Shown here one piece after another: positions 28,046 to 40,882 of a stretch of 64,000 nucleotides of DNA. The DNA comes from Octopus vulgaris (taxonomy: Eukaryota), in NCBI GenBank assembly GCA_951406725.2, contig OX597820.1:70060001-70124000 (forward strand), read 5' to 3'. Below the pieces are notes generated by a model, which made no database searches, was not told the DNA's origin, and saw only the letters and a list, made by a program, of their open reading frames with translations. Every line of letters begins with the position of its first letter. The first letter of the stretch is position 1. The translations under genes and the position numbers were made by a program.

Positions 28046-28967
28046 TGCAGGAAGCCTCTAAACTATATAGTCATACTTGAATCTATTTTTCTATCACGTT
28101 GCAGATATATACATCTGGTAAATATATACTTGGCCATTAATAATGTGAGTACCCGTATAAATGTTATGAGTTACGAATTAATATGGACTGCAGACAATTT
28201 GGTATTTCTTTTAAATTACACCAAACAACTGTGAGTGACCAGGGAGACATTGGAAAATGCAGGCGCAGAAAGCCATGCCTTGAAAATAAAATGGCTGGAT
28301 GATTAAAGCTGGAATGCTTGTGATCATAGTTCTGACTGGGGCCAAACAACAATTTAACCATAGCTTGTCTTCATAGGCTATCTTACGGATTATGGGATTT
28401 CATATTTACAAATATCTGCATTTTATGCAATTCAGTTAAGTGTCTCATGGTTTTGCATTCGAATACTCTTTTGCTCAGGTTTTACTTAATAAAATACGAT
28501 GAAAGAGGTTATCAGTGAGTATGTCAGGGAAGAGTTATTGCCATATAATTATCTACACGGCTTTTAGAGCGATGTTATCTCTGATCATGCCTTGCTGTTT
28601 TTCATTCACTGCGTTTCGTGTGTGTGCGTACGTGCGTGTGCGTATCTGTGAAAACAGTGACAAATAAGGAAAAGTGAGTTGAAAGCATATGTTTGAGCGA
28701 AGCCAAAATATTCCCGTGTAGAAACAGTATGACTGCAGATAATCTAAGATTAAACCAGTGAAAGCATAGTTGAGATCAAATTGCTACCGTTTTAACAAAA
28801 GCTGGTAGTCATAAACTAAACACAAACTACCATTCCATTCATGAACCTCAATGAACTCTTGATCCAGTAATTAAGTCTCGCCGATCTAAAAAGATAAGAG
28901 ACAGTTTCTCCTCGGAAAGGAAAGCAGCTTGTTTTGGTTGCTCTTTCGTTATTAATCGGCGAAGTAA

Positions 28968-29345
28968 GGCGATGAGCTGGCAGAATCGTTAGCAAAAGGA
29001 CAACCTGAGTTCAAATTCCAGCGAGGCTGACTTTGCCTTTCATCCTTTCCAGGTCGATAAAATAAGTACCAGTTGAGCACTGGCGTCGATGTAATCGACT
29101 AACACGTTACCCCAAAATTTCAAGCCTTGTCCCTATAGCAGAAAGAATTGTTACGTCTGCAAGTAAGGTGCAAAGCTGGTGCGTCGACCAGATTGCTTAG
29201 CAGCATTTCTTCCGATGTTTTACATTTTGAGTTCAAATTCCACTGAGGTTAACGCTACCTTTCATTTTCTTCGGGGTCGATAAAATAAAGTTCCACTAAT
29301 GTACTAGATTCGATTGCATGGCTTGTGCCAAAATGAGAAAGAATG
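28968..29345 (+). mobile_element. Two tandem family B SINEs separated by a repeated spacer
   Basis: Spacer TTACGTCTGCAAGTAAG (~29148) and TTACGTCAGCAAGCAAG (~29347). Confidence 0.7.
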
Positions 29346-30419
29346 ATTACGTCAGCAAGCAAGTATAGTGAAATTCAAAAGCTATGTTCAACTGATGAGG
29401 TGAGAATAAGATCGAAACAATTATGGAATTTTCTTCCGTAATCACTGGCATCTAATACGTTTATTTCTATTTACTTTTGTGAGTATCCCTTTAAAAATGT
29501 AAACAAGCATATATTCCCTGATATTTTGGCATCTGTTGCCAATAAATAGATTAAACAAGAAGAATATATTTATCTATGCAGAGACATGATCAAATGCTTG
29601 CAATGGATTTGAACTGCGAACCAACTGAAGTCAAATACTACAAGATATCCGCCATTTCACCTATTCCATCATGGAATAACTCGTTATAAATTAATAACCA
29701 ATTATAAATTGATACAGACTAGATTGCTTATTTGATTTTACCTGCGCCATCTTCACACACAGACAAAAAAAGAAAAACAGGAGTGTTTCTATAAAAATAA
29801 GTCATTATTTTGATGTCATGTGGTTATTCTGCAGAGAAATATCATTTTCATCCAAGAGTAATTTCCGTGGAATCATGAATGCTAAAGAATTGAAACAATT
29901 CCAGCTGGGTGATAATGGTTTCCAATATGTTGCGATCTCCCAGTTTGAAGCAGATATATGACTATAAATTAAAATTTATCTTAGTAAACATTCTTTCACT
30001 AGAAGATTCCCGCTGTTACACATCTGTCACATATACATATAACGATTCACTTCATAAAATGACTGATTAACATCAGCCCTTGTTATTTATATATTGAATT
30101 CAGCATTTATCATTTTTCTATTTGTCGCTTCACTAATCCCTGCCATTGTTCCGAGATTTTTTTTTCATTTCTTATTTCCGTCAACACCTCCGCATTTGGG
30201 TTGATTTTGTAATGGTGCCATTTCGCTGCACCCTCTAATTTATTTTCTAAACCCGTTGATAAACATAGGAAGAAGCTGGTAATTTGATCGCTTTGGATAA
30301 CACATGCCAGATGAAGTGAAACAAATTAAAATTCAAGAGAAGGTTTTACAGGGACTTTTCGCGCTGATCCAGAAGTAGGGATTCCTTGATTGTGTTTATA
30401 ATGTCACAAATGTTAGCGA

Positions 30420-30507
30420 CACCAGCAATAGCAACAGCAGCAGCAACAGCAGCAACAGCAGCAGCGGCGGTAGTAATAGTAGTAGTAGTAGTAGTGGTAG
30501 TAGCAGC

Positions 30508-30600
<93 letters not shown>

Positions 30601-30659
30601 TGTTGTTGTTGTTGTTGTTGTTGTAGTAGTAATAGTAGTAGTAGTAGTAGTAGTAGCAC

Positions 30660-30692
<33 letters not shown>

Positions 30693-30735
30693 TAGTAGTG
30701 GTAGTAGCAGCAGCAGCAGTAGTCAGCGGCAGCAG
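30420..30735. repeat. (AGC)n/(AGT)n/(TGT)n compound triplet repeat, followed by a family B SINE
   Basis: Seen directly. Confidence 0.95.
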
Positions 30736-32429
30736 CGAGCTGGCAGAACCGTTAGAGCATCGGATGAAATGCTTAGCGGGCATTGCTTCCGGTTCTTTAC
30801 GTTCTGTGTTCAAATTCTGCCAAGGTCGACTTTTCCTTTCATCCTTTCCAACAAAATAAGTACCAGTTGAACACTTGGGTTTACGTGAGCAATTCAAACC
30901 CTGCCCTAAACAGCAGCAACAACAATAACAAATTCAAGCTTACGAGTGAGGTTATACATTATTATACAATCAGAAGTAAAAGCAACATTTCCATTAACCA
31001 GAAGAGAAAGAGAGAGAGTAGCATCCACAAAACTTTGCAGGGTTCCTAAAAGGAGGATGTTATCTGCAGACCGATGATCCAACTAAAATATTTGTCACTG
31101 GGCAAACTCCGCTAAAGGCTAACCCAAAGGGCGAGCGGCAGTGCTAAACCGAGTGACGCATTAAGTGAACTTCCATGTTTGTATCGACAATGATATCTGC
31201 CTACAATATTATCCTGACAACTAATTCGGAATAAATTATGAGATTTGTCAGAAGTGTACACAATTCAGCTTATATTTTCTTTGTAGATTGAATGGCGGGA
31301 AATTATTTACTTTGCACTGCAACAGTCATGAGAAAACTAAATAGAATTCTTCTTTAGAGCTACCGAAACGTAGCTATATTTATCAAATTCTAGCCAACAT
31401 TTCCAGTACTCCGAACCAAGCCAAATTGAATCACGCTTCAGTGCCACATACATTTACCAATTTGTGCCAACGCCCGCACAAGAGATCAAATTATTTCTGT
31501 TCATCTTTCTCGAAGAAACGCAATAATTTCAACCTAGGCTCTTGACATACTTTTTTTCATGTAAAAGGCATTAGAAAACAGTTGTCCAGTATGGGATATC
31601 ATTACCGAAATAGACGGCTCTGCTTGATGCAGTCAATAAGTGTGATAAATAAACTAACATATTCGACAGCCATTTTAAACACTCATTTTATATAAGATTG
31701 ACAACAATAGTAGATAGAGGCATGTCAAGAAATCTAATCCTCCAACAGGAAATAGATCGTTATTTGATAGACAGGTTTTCCGAAAGTTATTTCTGTTACA
31801 CGACGAAGAGCAAGAGAAGTAAAAAATCCTGCTTAAGTAAACATATATGATCCAGTTTCAGTTCCCAATTCTGGCTATTTCACTCCATTTACGTTGCTAA
31901 TTCCCTAAGAAAGAAAAAAAAAGACTTCCTACTTATCTATTCCTGTCTTAGCATCTGGATGAATAAAATCAATTATCACGACAGAATGAGCTAGAGCAAC
32001 TGCTAATGTCCACCAAATATATGTATTTTATATTTTTGCTGCCTGTTGTACTTATTTCATTTTATTGACACAGCCAATTATCGCAGACAAGCATGCACAT
32101 CACAAACTCACACAACTTAGCGAACGGAATGACCGTTTAATTATTAAGTGAACTCTCTCTTTAATGCTAGAAATGAGTCCTAGGTAAATCAAATGTATGA
32201 TACGTTTCCTACCCTTATTTATATATGTTTTGCATTTTTTATCAAGCGGTGGCGTTGATTATAGGTTCCCGATGGACCAAGCACTGATTCTTAACATTTT
32301 CATAGCGGGAGTTGAAAGGAATAAAAACAAAATGCATGTTTTTACGACAATAGAGCAATGAAGTATTATTGTTTAACACATTACTGTATCGGGTATTTTT
32401 TCTTCGATATGAACATCTTTCACTAGCAC

Positions 32430-32483
<54 letters not shown>

Positions 32484-32539
32484 TACACACACACACACAC
32501 ATACACACACACACCATGTGCAAGCGCATATATATATAT

Positions 32540-32837
32540 GGAGGCGCAATGGCCCAGTGGTTAGTGCAGCGGACTCGCGGTCGTAGGATCGCGGTTTCGA
32601 TTCCCAGACCGGGCGTTGTGTGTGTTTATAGAGCGAAAACACCTAAAAGCTCCACGAGGCTCCGGCAGGGGGTGGTGATCCCTGCTGTACTCTCTCACCA
32701 CTCATTCTCTCACTCTTTCTTCTGTTGGCCTGCTCGCTTAGCCAGCGGGGTGGCGTCATTCGAAGGCTAAAACAATGCGAAATGCATTGTGACCAGCGAT
32801 GTGTAGCAACATCTGATAGTCTGGTCGGTCACGTGAT

Positions 32838-32844
<7 letters not shown>
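32540..32844 (+). mobile_element. tRNA-derived SINE family D, full length
   Basis: Head GGAGGCGCAATGGCCCAGTGGTTAG..GGTTTCGATTCCC and tail CTGGTCGGTCACGTGATCACGTGA. Flanked by (TA)n. Confidence 0.85.
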
Positions 32845-32900
<56 letters not shown>

Positions 32901-33015
32901 CACATATATATGTACATAGATATATATATGTACATACATATATATATATATATATATACATACATATATATATATAAATATTCATATATTCATATACTTA
33001 CAGAAACACATACAC

Positions 33016-33067
<52 letters not shown>

Positions 33068-33581
33068 AATATGGATTCAGAGAATCAAGCAGCATTCACA
33101 GTAAGCTCTACAATCGAAATTGCTATCAGTGTATGTATGAATCAATTACTGTTTATTGCTATGTAATATGTCCGTATAATAGAAAATCCAGGAAATCCGA
33201 ATAATAAATTCTTCGCAATGAGTAAATAAAGCATAAAATTAAGCGGTGTGAGAGTTAAAGATAGATTTATTTTTCTATATCACTTCCATATGATTACAGC
33301 CGTTTCGTAACCTTCATCATATGATATTATTAATTTCGGTATGCAAAATTAAATGTAGATGTTTACATTAATACGTATATTCAGTATTATACAATACATT
33401 TGCATATTCACAAATTGAAGCAGATAAAGAATATCAATTGATCATATCACCAGAGTATCACTTATTTCTCTCTCTCCCCCTCTTTCTCTCCTCTCCCTCC
33501 TCCTCTCCCATTTCTCTCACGTGCAAGCTCTGTCTATGTATACATACATGCATATGCCTTATATATACATATATGTATATG

Positions 33582-33677
<96 letters not shown>

Positions 33678-34810
33678 TGGATAGATTGATAGATAGATAG
33701 ATAGATATAGATATACATATATAAATATATACACACAAACACACACATGCACACACATATATACATACAGATATACATATATACAGATATATATGCCATT
33801 ATATAATATACGTATATTAATACACATTAACATACATGAATCTCACTTCATACACACACAAACACACACACAGTAATATATATACATATCTATTCGTGTA
33901 TGATCTGTGTTTGTGTGCGCGTGCATGTGTATGTGTGTGTGTGTGTGTGATATAATCCTTGCATTATGCAACGATATTTTTTCTTTTCCATAATCTTTTT
34001 TGTTATGATACCACTGTCTGTTTAACGAACTAGTTTGAACTTTAAATAATCGTTTATACGTTATATGCATTCTCTCTATTTTTCTCATTTTTTCGTCATT
34101 AATATTCTCAACACAAATAGAAATTTAGAAAAAGAAGAAAACTATTTAGACCGTGAGAGACAACAAAGACGGCATTAATACAAGTATTTTTATTCTCTTT
34201 CACAATTCTCTTACGGAAAAAACATCAGTGCTTGTACTGAGTCAGTCCCATCGTGTAGTTCTAATATATATATATATATATATTACATGAAAAGGCCATT
34301 ACATTTTCAGTTGCTTTATTTCTTTATACCTGATGGCTAAAATCTAGATGCGTGTGTGTGCACGCGCACACGCGTACAGTTTACGTAATTAGAACAACAT
34401 TAAATAAAAATAGCCATGTAGTATACTTTAGGTGTGTTGACAGATAACAGGAATGATGCGGTAGGTTTTGTGTGAGAAGAAAACTTCTTCATATATATGC
34501 TGTGCTAAATCTGTATTATAATGGAGAAAGCTGCTTTTAATTAGGTATGTAACAGTTACTAAAAGAAGACAATTATTAAAAGCTTGACCGTCTGGAATTA
34601 TTTTTTTATAAATTTATGTTCCAAGAAATTTCCTGTAATTTCGATTTTTGAAGGTTATTAAATATTTGAACTACAATTTTTTCTCAAGTTTAAATATTTG
34701 TTGTATTCACTGCGGAGTAGATTTAATAAAAAATATTTATTCGTTGCAGGCAAAATTTTCCGTTTTCATTTGCAACAGTCCCTCACTCTCTCTCTCTCGT
34801 CTCTATTTTC

Positions 34811-35069
34811 GTTGTTGTTGTTGTTTGTCCCTTCTCGAGCCATGTCTGGCTCATAAGGGCCGGTTTCCCGGTTTCCTTGGCGTATAGGTTCCCCACCTGA
34901 ACGGGACGACGGTCCGTCGCAGGTGAGCTGCAAGATGCAGGAGAAAAGAGTGAGAGAAAGTTGTGACGAAAGAATCAGCAGAATTTCGCCATTAACTTCT
35001 GCCGGAGCCGCGTGGAGCTTAGGTGCTTTCGCTCATAGACACATACATCACCCGGTCTGAGATTCGAAC
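34811..35069 (-). mobile_element. SINE with family D body and CCTGCGACGGAC-type tail ending (CAA)n
   Basis: Matches the fuller copy at 40345-40634. Confidence 0.8.
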
Positions 35070-35513
35070 GGAAAACAAACACAGAATGGCAAGTTGAAAA
35101 ACATATAGTAAATGCACAGACGAACGGAAAACAGACACAGAAGGCCCCCAGCTCCTCATCAGAAGGTCGAACATAATTTCGTGGCATTAACGATAATATT
35201 ACTTTCCTTTTAGTAGCGATCGTCAAGAATTGCCGGGAAATGGGACCGAAACATAACAGAACGAGAACAGGCAAACAATAAATGGATAAAAAGCGATACA
35301 GAAGTGGACGTACGAAAATATATAAATGTAATTCAAGACGAGAATGTTAGTGGATGGACGAGGGACAAAAACAAAATAAATAAAGAAACAAAATATAGCC
35401 TTTCGTCTAGACGAAAACAAAGAATGGGTAACGCTAAGGGAAATCCTAAAGGATTGGAAACAGAAGGGCAATAGACAGCGAAGCAGGTTGAAGTGGAGAC
35501 TAGAGAAATTACC

Positions 35514-35744
35514 TATTTCTTTATTACCCACAAGGGGCTGAACGCAGAGGGGACAAACATGGACAGACATAGGTATTAAGTCGATTATATCGACCCCAGT
35601 GCTTAACTGGTACTTAATTTATCGACCCCGAAAGGATGAAAGGCAAAGTCGACCTCGGCGGAATTTGAACTCACAACGTAACGGCAGACGAAATACCGCT
35701 AAGCATTTCGCCCGACGTGCTAACGATTCTGCTAGCTCGCCGCC
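35514..35744 (-). mobile_element. SINE family B, long tail, well preserved
   Basis: Full head to tail; the 3' flank reads GGTAATTTC. Confidence 0.9.
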
Positions 35745-36030
35745 TTGGTTGCTTCAGTGGCTGGCGTGAAAAAAAGGAGAAAGAGACAAAAAGATAGGAT
35801 GACCACGGGTTACGTGTCAGCAGTAGGAAGGAGAAAAGTGATAGCGAACAGAGTGACACAGATGGCAGAGAGGGAAGGGGAGAAAGTGAGCGAGAGGGAG
35901 AGGGAGAGAAAGGGAGAGACAGAGATATAGAAAAAAGGATGCTAAAAGAAAGGCTAGAAATAGAAGTCGCACGAATATATAATTTCATTGGAAATAAACC
36001 CAAGGGTGCGATGCGTTCCATTAGTATATA

Positions 36031-37295
36031 TAGTATCTCACAGAAGTATGTACCCGCCTAAAAATTTTCATTAAAATATCGAAGGAAATCAAACAAAAAT
36101 TATACTGAATAAAATACATTATACATGCAAACATTACACAAATTTTGAACACAAAACAATGAGCCTTTTCAAAGATATGAACGAAATATTAATTTTCAAA
36201 AGTTACAAAAATATGTACACCGTAAAGGAAATTTTCTATATTCAATATTTTACCCACTTTTATTTTTTTTTTGTTGCTAAATTCAGATATTGCTGATCAT
36301 TTCAATTCTAATCAATTATTTCTTCTGGTATTTTTGCACTGGTCATTGTTATTGCATCTTCAGGAATTTTGATTTGTGTGCCGTGGTGAAAATCTTCTTC
36401 GTTGTGATTAAAATGGCACCAAAAGGAAAAGAATTGTCTGAAGATTTGAAGAAAATTATTTTTAATTTGCACAAGAATGGTTTAGGTTACAAGTTAATTA
36501 GCAAACGAATACATATGAGCGAAAGTAATTCAGAAGTACAAAGCTACTGGGTGGCTAAGCAATAAACATCATCCAGGTCGTCATTCTGTTTTAACTGCAC
36601 GTGATATTCGCCACATCTAACGTTGCGTGATGGACGACAGGCGTCATATCGCTTCATCTTTGGCCCAAGAAATGTCTTCTGTATGTGGCAAGAGTGTATC
36701 CGCCCAAACAGCTCACCAAAGTTTGAACCAATGTGGTCTTCATGGACACATTCCTCGTAGGAAGCCTCTCCTCACTACCAGGCATAAATCAAGTTGTCTT
36801 TCTTTTGCTAAAACCTGTGTGGGTAAGGGAAAGGAGTTTTGGAATAAAATTCTTTGTTTCTGACGAGACTAAAAATCAATTTGTTTTGGTCAGATCGTAT
36901 CAAACGAGTATGGTAACGACCAGATGAAGATAACAGCGACAAATGCACCATGCCTACCGTGAAACACGGTGGCGAAAGCGTTATGCTACGGGGAAACATG
37001 AGTGCGGCTGGTGTGGGAGGAGTCACATTTATTGAGAGAACAATAGAGTCAGGGCTTTATTGTGACATATTGCAGAAAACAATGTTGAAAAGCATCAAGG
37101 AACTAAGAAGTCATTCTATGTTCCAACATGATAATGACCCTAAATACACTTCAAAGATGACGACTAAGGTAAAGGTACTGCTTTGGCCTACAATGTTGCC
37201 TGATTTAAACCCATCAGAACATATGTGGAGTGTTTTGAAAAAGAAGGTTGAGGAGAAAAATCCCTGCAATGCAACACAGTTGAAAGACATCATTC
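36031..37295 (+). mobile_element. Tc1-family DNA transposon, right end lost
   Basis: Left TIR TA-TAGTATCTCACAGAAGTATGTAC, an inner direct repeat near 36200-36222, and a transposase pseudogene downstream. Confidence 0.85.
36413..37295 (+). pseudogene. Tc1 (DD34E-type) transposase pseudogene
   Basis: MAPKGKELSEDLKK..HKNGLGYKLISK, RRKPLL, SDETK, TVKHGG, FQHDNDPK and PDLNPSEHMW, with frameshifts and stops. Truncated by the SINE array. Confidence 0.92.
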
Positions 37296-37298
37296 GGA

Positions 37299-38094
37299 GG
37301 CAGCGAGCTGGCAGAAACGTTAGCACGCCGGGCGAAATGATAAGCGGTATTTCGTCTGCCATTACGTTGTGAGTTCAAATACCGCCGAGGACGACTTTGT
37401 CTTTCATCCTTTCGGGGTCGATAAATTAAGTACCAGTTACGCACTGGGGTCGATGTAATCGACTTATTACCTATGTCTGTCCTTGTTTCTCCTCTCTATG
37501 TTTAGCCCCTTGTGGGTAATAAAGAAATAGGTATTTCGTCTGCCGCTACGTTCTCAGTTCAAATTCCGCCGAGGTCGACTTTGCCTTTCATCCTCTCGGG
37601 GTCGACAAATTAAGTACCAGTTACGCATTGGGGTCGATATAATCGACTTAATCCGTTTGTCTGTCCTTGTTTGTTCCCTCTGTGTTTAGCCCCATGTGGG
37701 TAGTAAAGAAATAGGTATTTTGCCTGCCGTTACGTTCTGAGTTCAAATTCCGCCGAGGTTGACTTTGCTTTTCATCCTTTCGGGGTCGATAAATTAAGTA
37801 CCAGTTACGCACTGGGATCGACGTAATCGACTTATTACCTACGTCTGTCCTTGTTTGTCCTCTCTGTGTTTAGCCCCTTGTGGGCAGTAAAGAAATAGGT
37901 ATTTTCCCTGCCGTTACGTTCTGAGTTGGAATTCCGCTGAGGTCGACTTTGCTTTTCATCCTTTCAGGGTCGATAAATTAAGTACCAGTTACGCACTGGG
38001 GTCGATATAATCGACTTAATCCGTTTGTTTGTCCTTGTTTGTCCCCTCTGTGTTTAGCCCCTTGTGGGTAGTAAAGAAATAGGTATTTCGTCTG
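37299..38094 (+). repeat. Tandem array of SINE family B: one head plus four exact 184-bp units
   Basis: Units start at 37348, 37532, 37716 and 37900, with a partial unit at 38084. Confidence 0.95.
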
Positions 38095-38915
38095 TGTGAG
38101 TTTGGATTTATTGGTAATTATTATTGGAGTGCAAGTAAGTGCAAGTTCCTTTGACTGTTTTTGTGTTATTTCCTATTATAATTATTGTTCCTGTTATAAT
38201 TATTTGTGTGATAGTCTTCGTTCGAAAACTATCGTGTGTTTTCCCCTGTGGAGGAAACATTAATTGCTCGCAAGATGCCGAAAAGTGTAACTTCGTCTGG
38301 CGAAGAGTCGTCAACCGACAGGGAGGCAAAAAAGATTGAAAGCTTAATATTCGGCGATATTTCGGATTCTTCTGAAAGTGTATTTCTCCAACCACCAATG
38401 TGTACTGTTGCAAAGAGGAATATTGACGTGAAAAGCCTTCAAACAGAAGAAAATAAACAAAAAGAAGTTTTGCGTCGGCAGCTGGAGGTGGAACCCGCCA
38501 GCTGTCGACAAACAAAAATGACCTGATAATGTACCAAGATATGATAACAATTAAAGACGTGTTGTGAAAGTTCAACGCCCGGAAGAACTATTAATGTTAG
38601 AAAAAAGAAAAACAATTATTTTTAAATCTTACTGTCCAAAATGAAAACAAAATTGATCGAGTAAGCGAAGAGAAAATTGAGAAGTGCTTGAAACCCATCT
38701 GGCAGGACATCACATACCTAGCCAGAGGGAAGAAGTTAAATACTATCGAAGTACGACTAAAAGATATAGAAACTGCACAAATGCACTCAGGTAAATCTTC
38801 AGAAACGGAGGGCGCTGTTTTAATTCCAATATACATAGGAATGAAGACGTCAAAGATACGTATACCAAGGGTCCCACCTCAAATCGACCCTATGTGGTCG
38901 ATGCCGGCAGTCCTC
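38095..38915 (+). mobile_element. Tx1/L1-type LINE 5' UTR and ORF1 remnant
   Basis: MPKSVTSSGEESS.. from 38275, then KPIWQDITYLARGKKLNTIEVR..LIPIYIGMKTSKIRIPRVPP, an RRM-like ORF1 pattern. The assignment leans partly on the adjacent ORF2. Confidence 0.6.
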
Positions 38916-39345
38916 CAGGCTTCTTCTAGTCCCTTAACTAGACCATGTCTTATTCCACGCCCCATCTTAGCTAAACTTATGTTAAACCTAATAGACTCAT
39001 ATTTTATGGCTCTTTTTAGGGCGTACTACTATTTGTTATTAATGATGGTACTTGTCAATGCCCTCTGTATTAACATCTCGATCCGCTTTCTGTACTCCTC
39101 AATCGCCAAAAGGGACGTATTGAGTTTTCCAGTAGCCAGATCCCTGTCTATGCAACTTATGTACTGTTACTTTACAGGTAACCATCTTGTGATTGCCGTA
39201 GACAAAACTGTAGACACTTAGCTTTGGACTTATCTGTTTTTCTAATTAAAACCCTATCTAGATATGTTCTAGAAGACCCGTCACTATTTGACCACGTCCA
39301 ATATACTTGAAACCCTTTGCAAATAGAAGGTGGACGCTGCCATTT
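38905..39345 (-). pseudogene. Tx1/L1 ORF2 fragment (APE endonuclease C-terminus and linker), inverted
   Basis: WTWSNSDGSSRTYLDRVLI, NHKMV, and GSGYWK/LNTSLL (one frameshift) are Tx1/L1 signature motifs. Confidence 0.85.
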
Positions 39346-39983
39346 GTCTCTGACAAAGCAGGATAAATAAATAAACAATACAAGTTTATAACCAAAGTAG
39401 GCATTTTATATAAATATGACACAGAAGAGTTAACTTTTCCCAAATCAACAAGCAACGCCAATTAAGCAATTATTTCAGTCGAATAATTCGAAAACAAATG
39501 AGAATAAAATTTGAAACTGTAATGCATACTTAAGAGAACTAAGTGATACTAACTATTCTGCTGCTGTTGCTACTGTTGTTATTGTTGTTTTCTTCGTGGT
39601 GTTTTTTGTTCATGTTTTTGTTGTTGCTGTCATTGCTATTGTTCTTTCGGTTACAGCTGCTGTTACTCTTGTTTCGTTGTAGATGTGGTGGTGGGTGTCT
39701 ATTTTTATTTTGTGTTGTATTTTTCTCTCTTTTTTTTTACTTTTTCTTCCAGACATTTTCATTCCTTAATTCCATATTACTCCATGACATAAATCCAATG
39801 AAGGAAATGAGGTCAAACATATCCCTACTTTAAAGGATCTATTTATAAGATAGCAAATTCCAAATATAACAACTACGACGAATGTATGATAATTCCTAAT
39901 ATAGAGTGACAATGTAAAAATTTATGTCACTTCAATTACATATATCTTAAAACAACCAACTACCGAAACTGTTTAAATATTGG

Positions 39984-40855
39984 TTTCAAATTCGAGCACA
40001 GGGTCAGCAAATCCGGGGAAGAGAGTTAGTCGATTAGATCACCCTCAATACTCAACTGGTACTTATTATCGACCCCGAAAAGATGAAAGGCAAAGTCAAC
40101 CTCAGTGGTATCTAAAACTCAGAACGTAAAAGACATACGAAACACCGCTAAGCATTCTGCCAGCTCACTGTCTTAAACTGTTTAGATATTAATTTCATAT
40201 TTTGGCACAAGGCCAGCAAGTCCGGGAAGTCGATTAAATCGCCTCCAATACTCCCTACGTAAAGACGGACGAAATGCCACTCAGCTTTTTGACCGGCATG
40301 CTAACGATTCTGCCAGCTCTCCGCTTTAAACTGCTTAGATTGTTTGTTCCTTCTCGAGCCAATGCCTGGCTCATAGGGCCGGTTTCCTTGGCGTATAGGT
40401 TCCCTACCTGGACGGGACGCCAGTCCGTCGCAGGTGAGATGCAAGATGCAGGAGGAAAGAGTGAGAGAAATTTGTGGCAAAAAAGTCAGCAGAAGTTCGC
40501 CATTACCTTCTGCCGGAGCCGCGTGGAGCTTAGGTATTTCGCTCATAAGCACACACATCGCCCGGTCTGAGATTCGAACCCGCGATCCCTCGACCGCGAG
40601 TCCACTGCTCTAACCATTAGGCCATGTGCCTCCACACAAGCTGTTTAAATATTGATTTCATATTTTGGCGCAAGACCAGCATGAGAGACAGTCGATTAGA
40701 TTGTCCCAAATGCTTAACTGATACTTATTTTATCGACCCAGAAAGGAAGAAATTAAAGTTGACCTCAGCGCATTTGAACTCAGAGCGCAAAGGCGGATGA
40801 AATGCTGTTAGGCGTTTTTCCCGGCGTGTTAACGATTCTGCAAGCTCGCCGTCTC
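39984..40855 (-). mobile_element. Cluster of four co-oriented SINEs (three family B, one family D)
   Basis: Each is separated by a copy of AAACTGTTTAAATATT. Confidence 0.8.
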
Positions 40856-40882
40856 AAACCGTTTGAATGTTGGATGATTATC

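Noticed and set aside
27282-28234. 198-aa and 115-aa plus-strand ORFs
   Set aside because: They run antisense across SINE and LINE fragments and contain no recognisable domain.
31067-31147. Possible small terminal exon (TDDPTKIFVTGQTPLKANPKGERQC*)
   Set aside because: Weak acceptor context and no recognisable homology; it cannot be supported without transcripts.
32540-32612. tRNA-like sequences (also at 23660, 19130-19204 and 40560-40634)
   Set aside because: These are SINE heads continuing into a repeat body and tail, with no complete acceptor stem.
37348-38094. Regular array resembling CRISPR
   Set aside because: The units are 184-bp SINE bodies with no unique spacers, no cas genes and a eukaryotic context.
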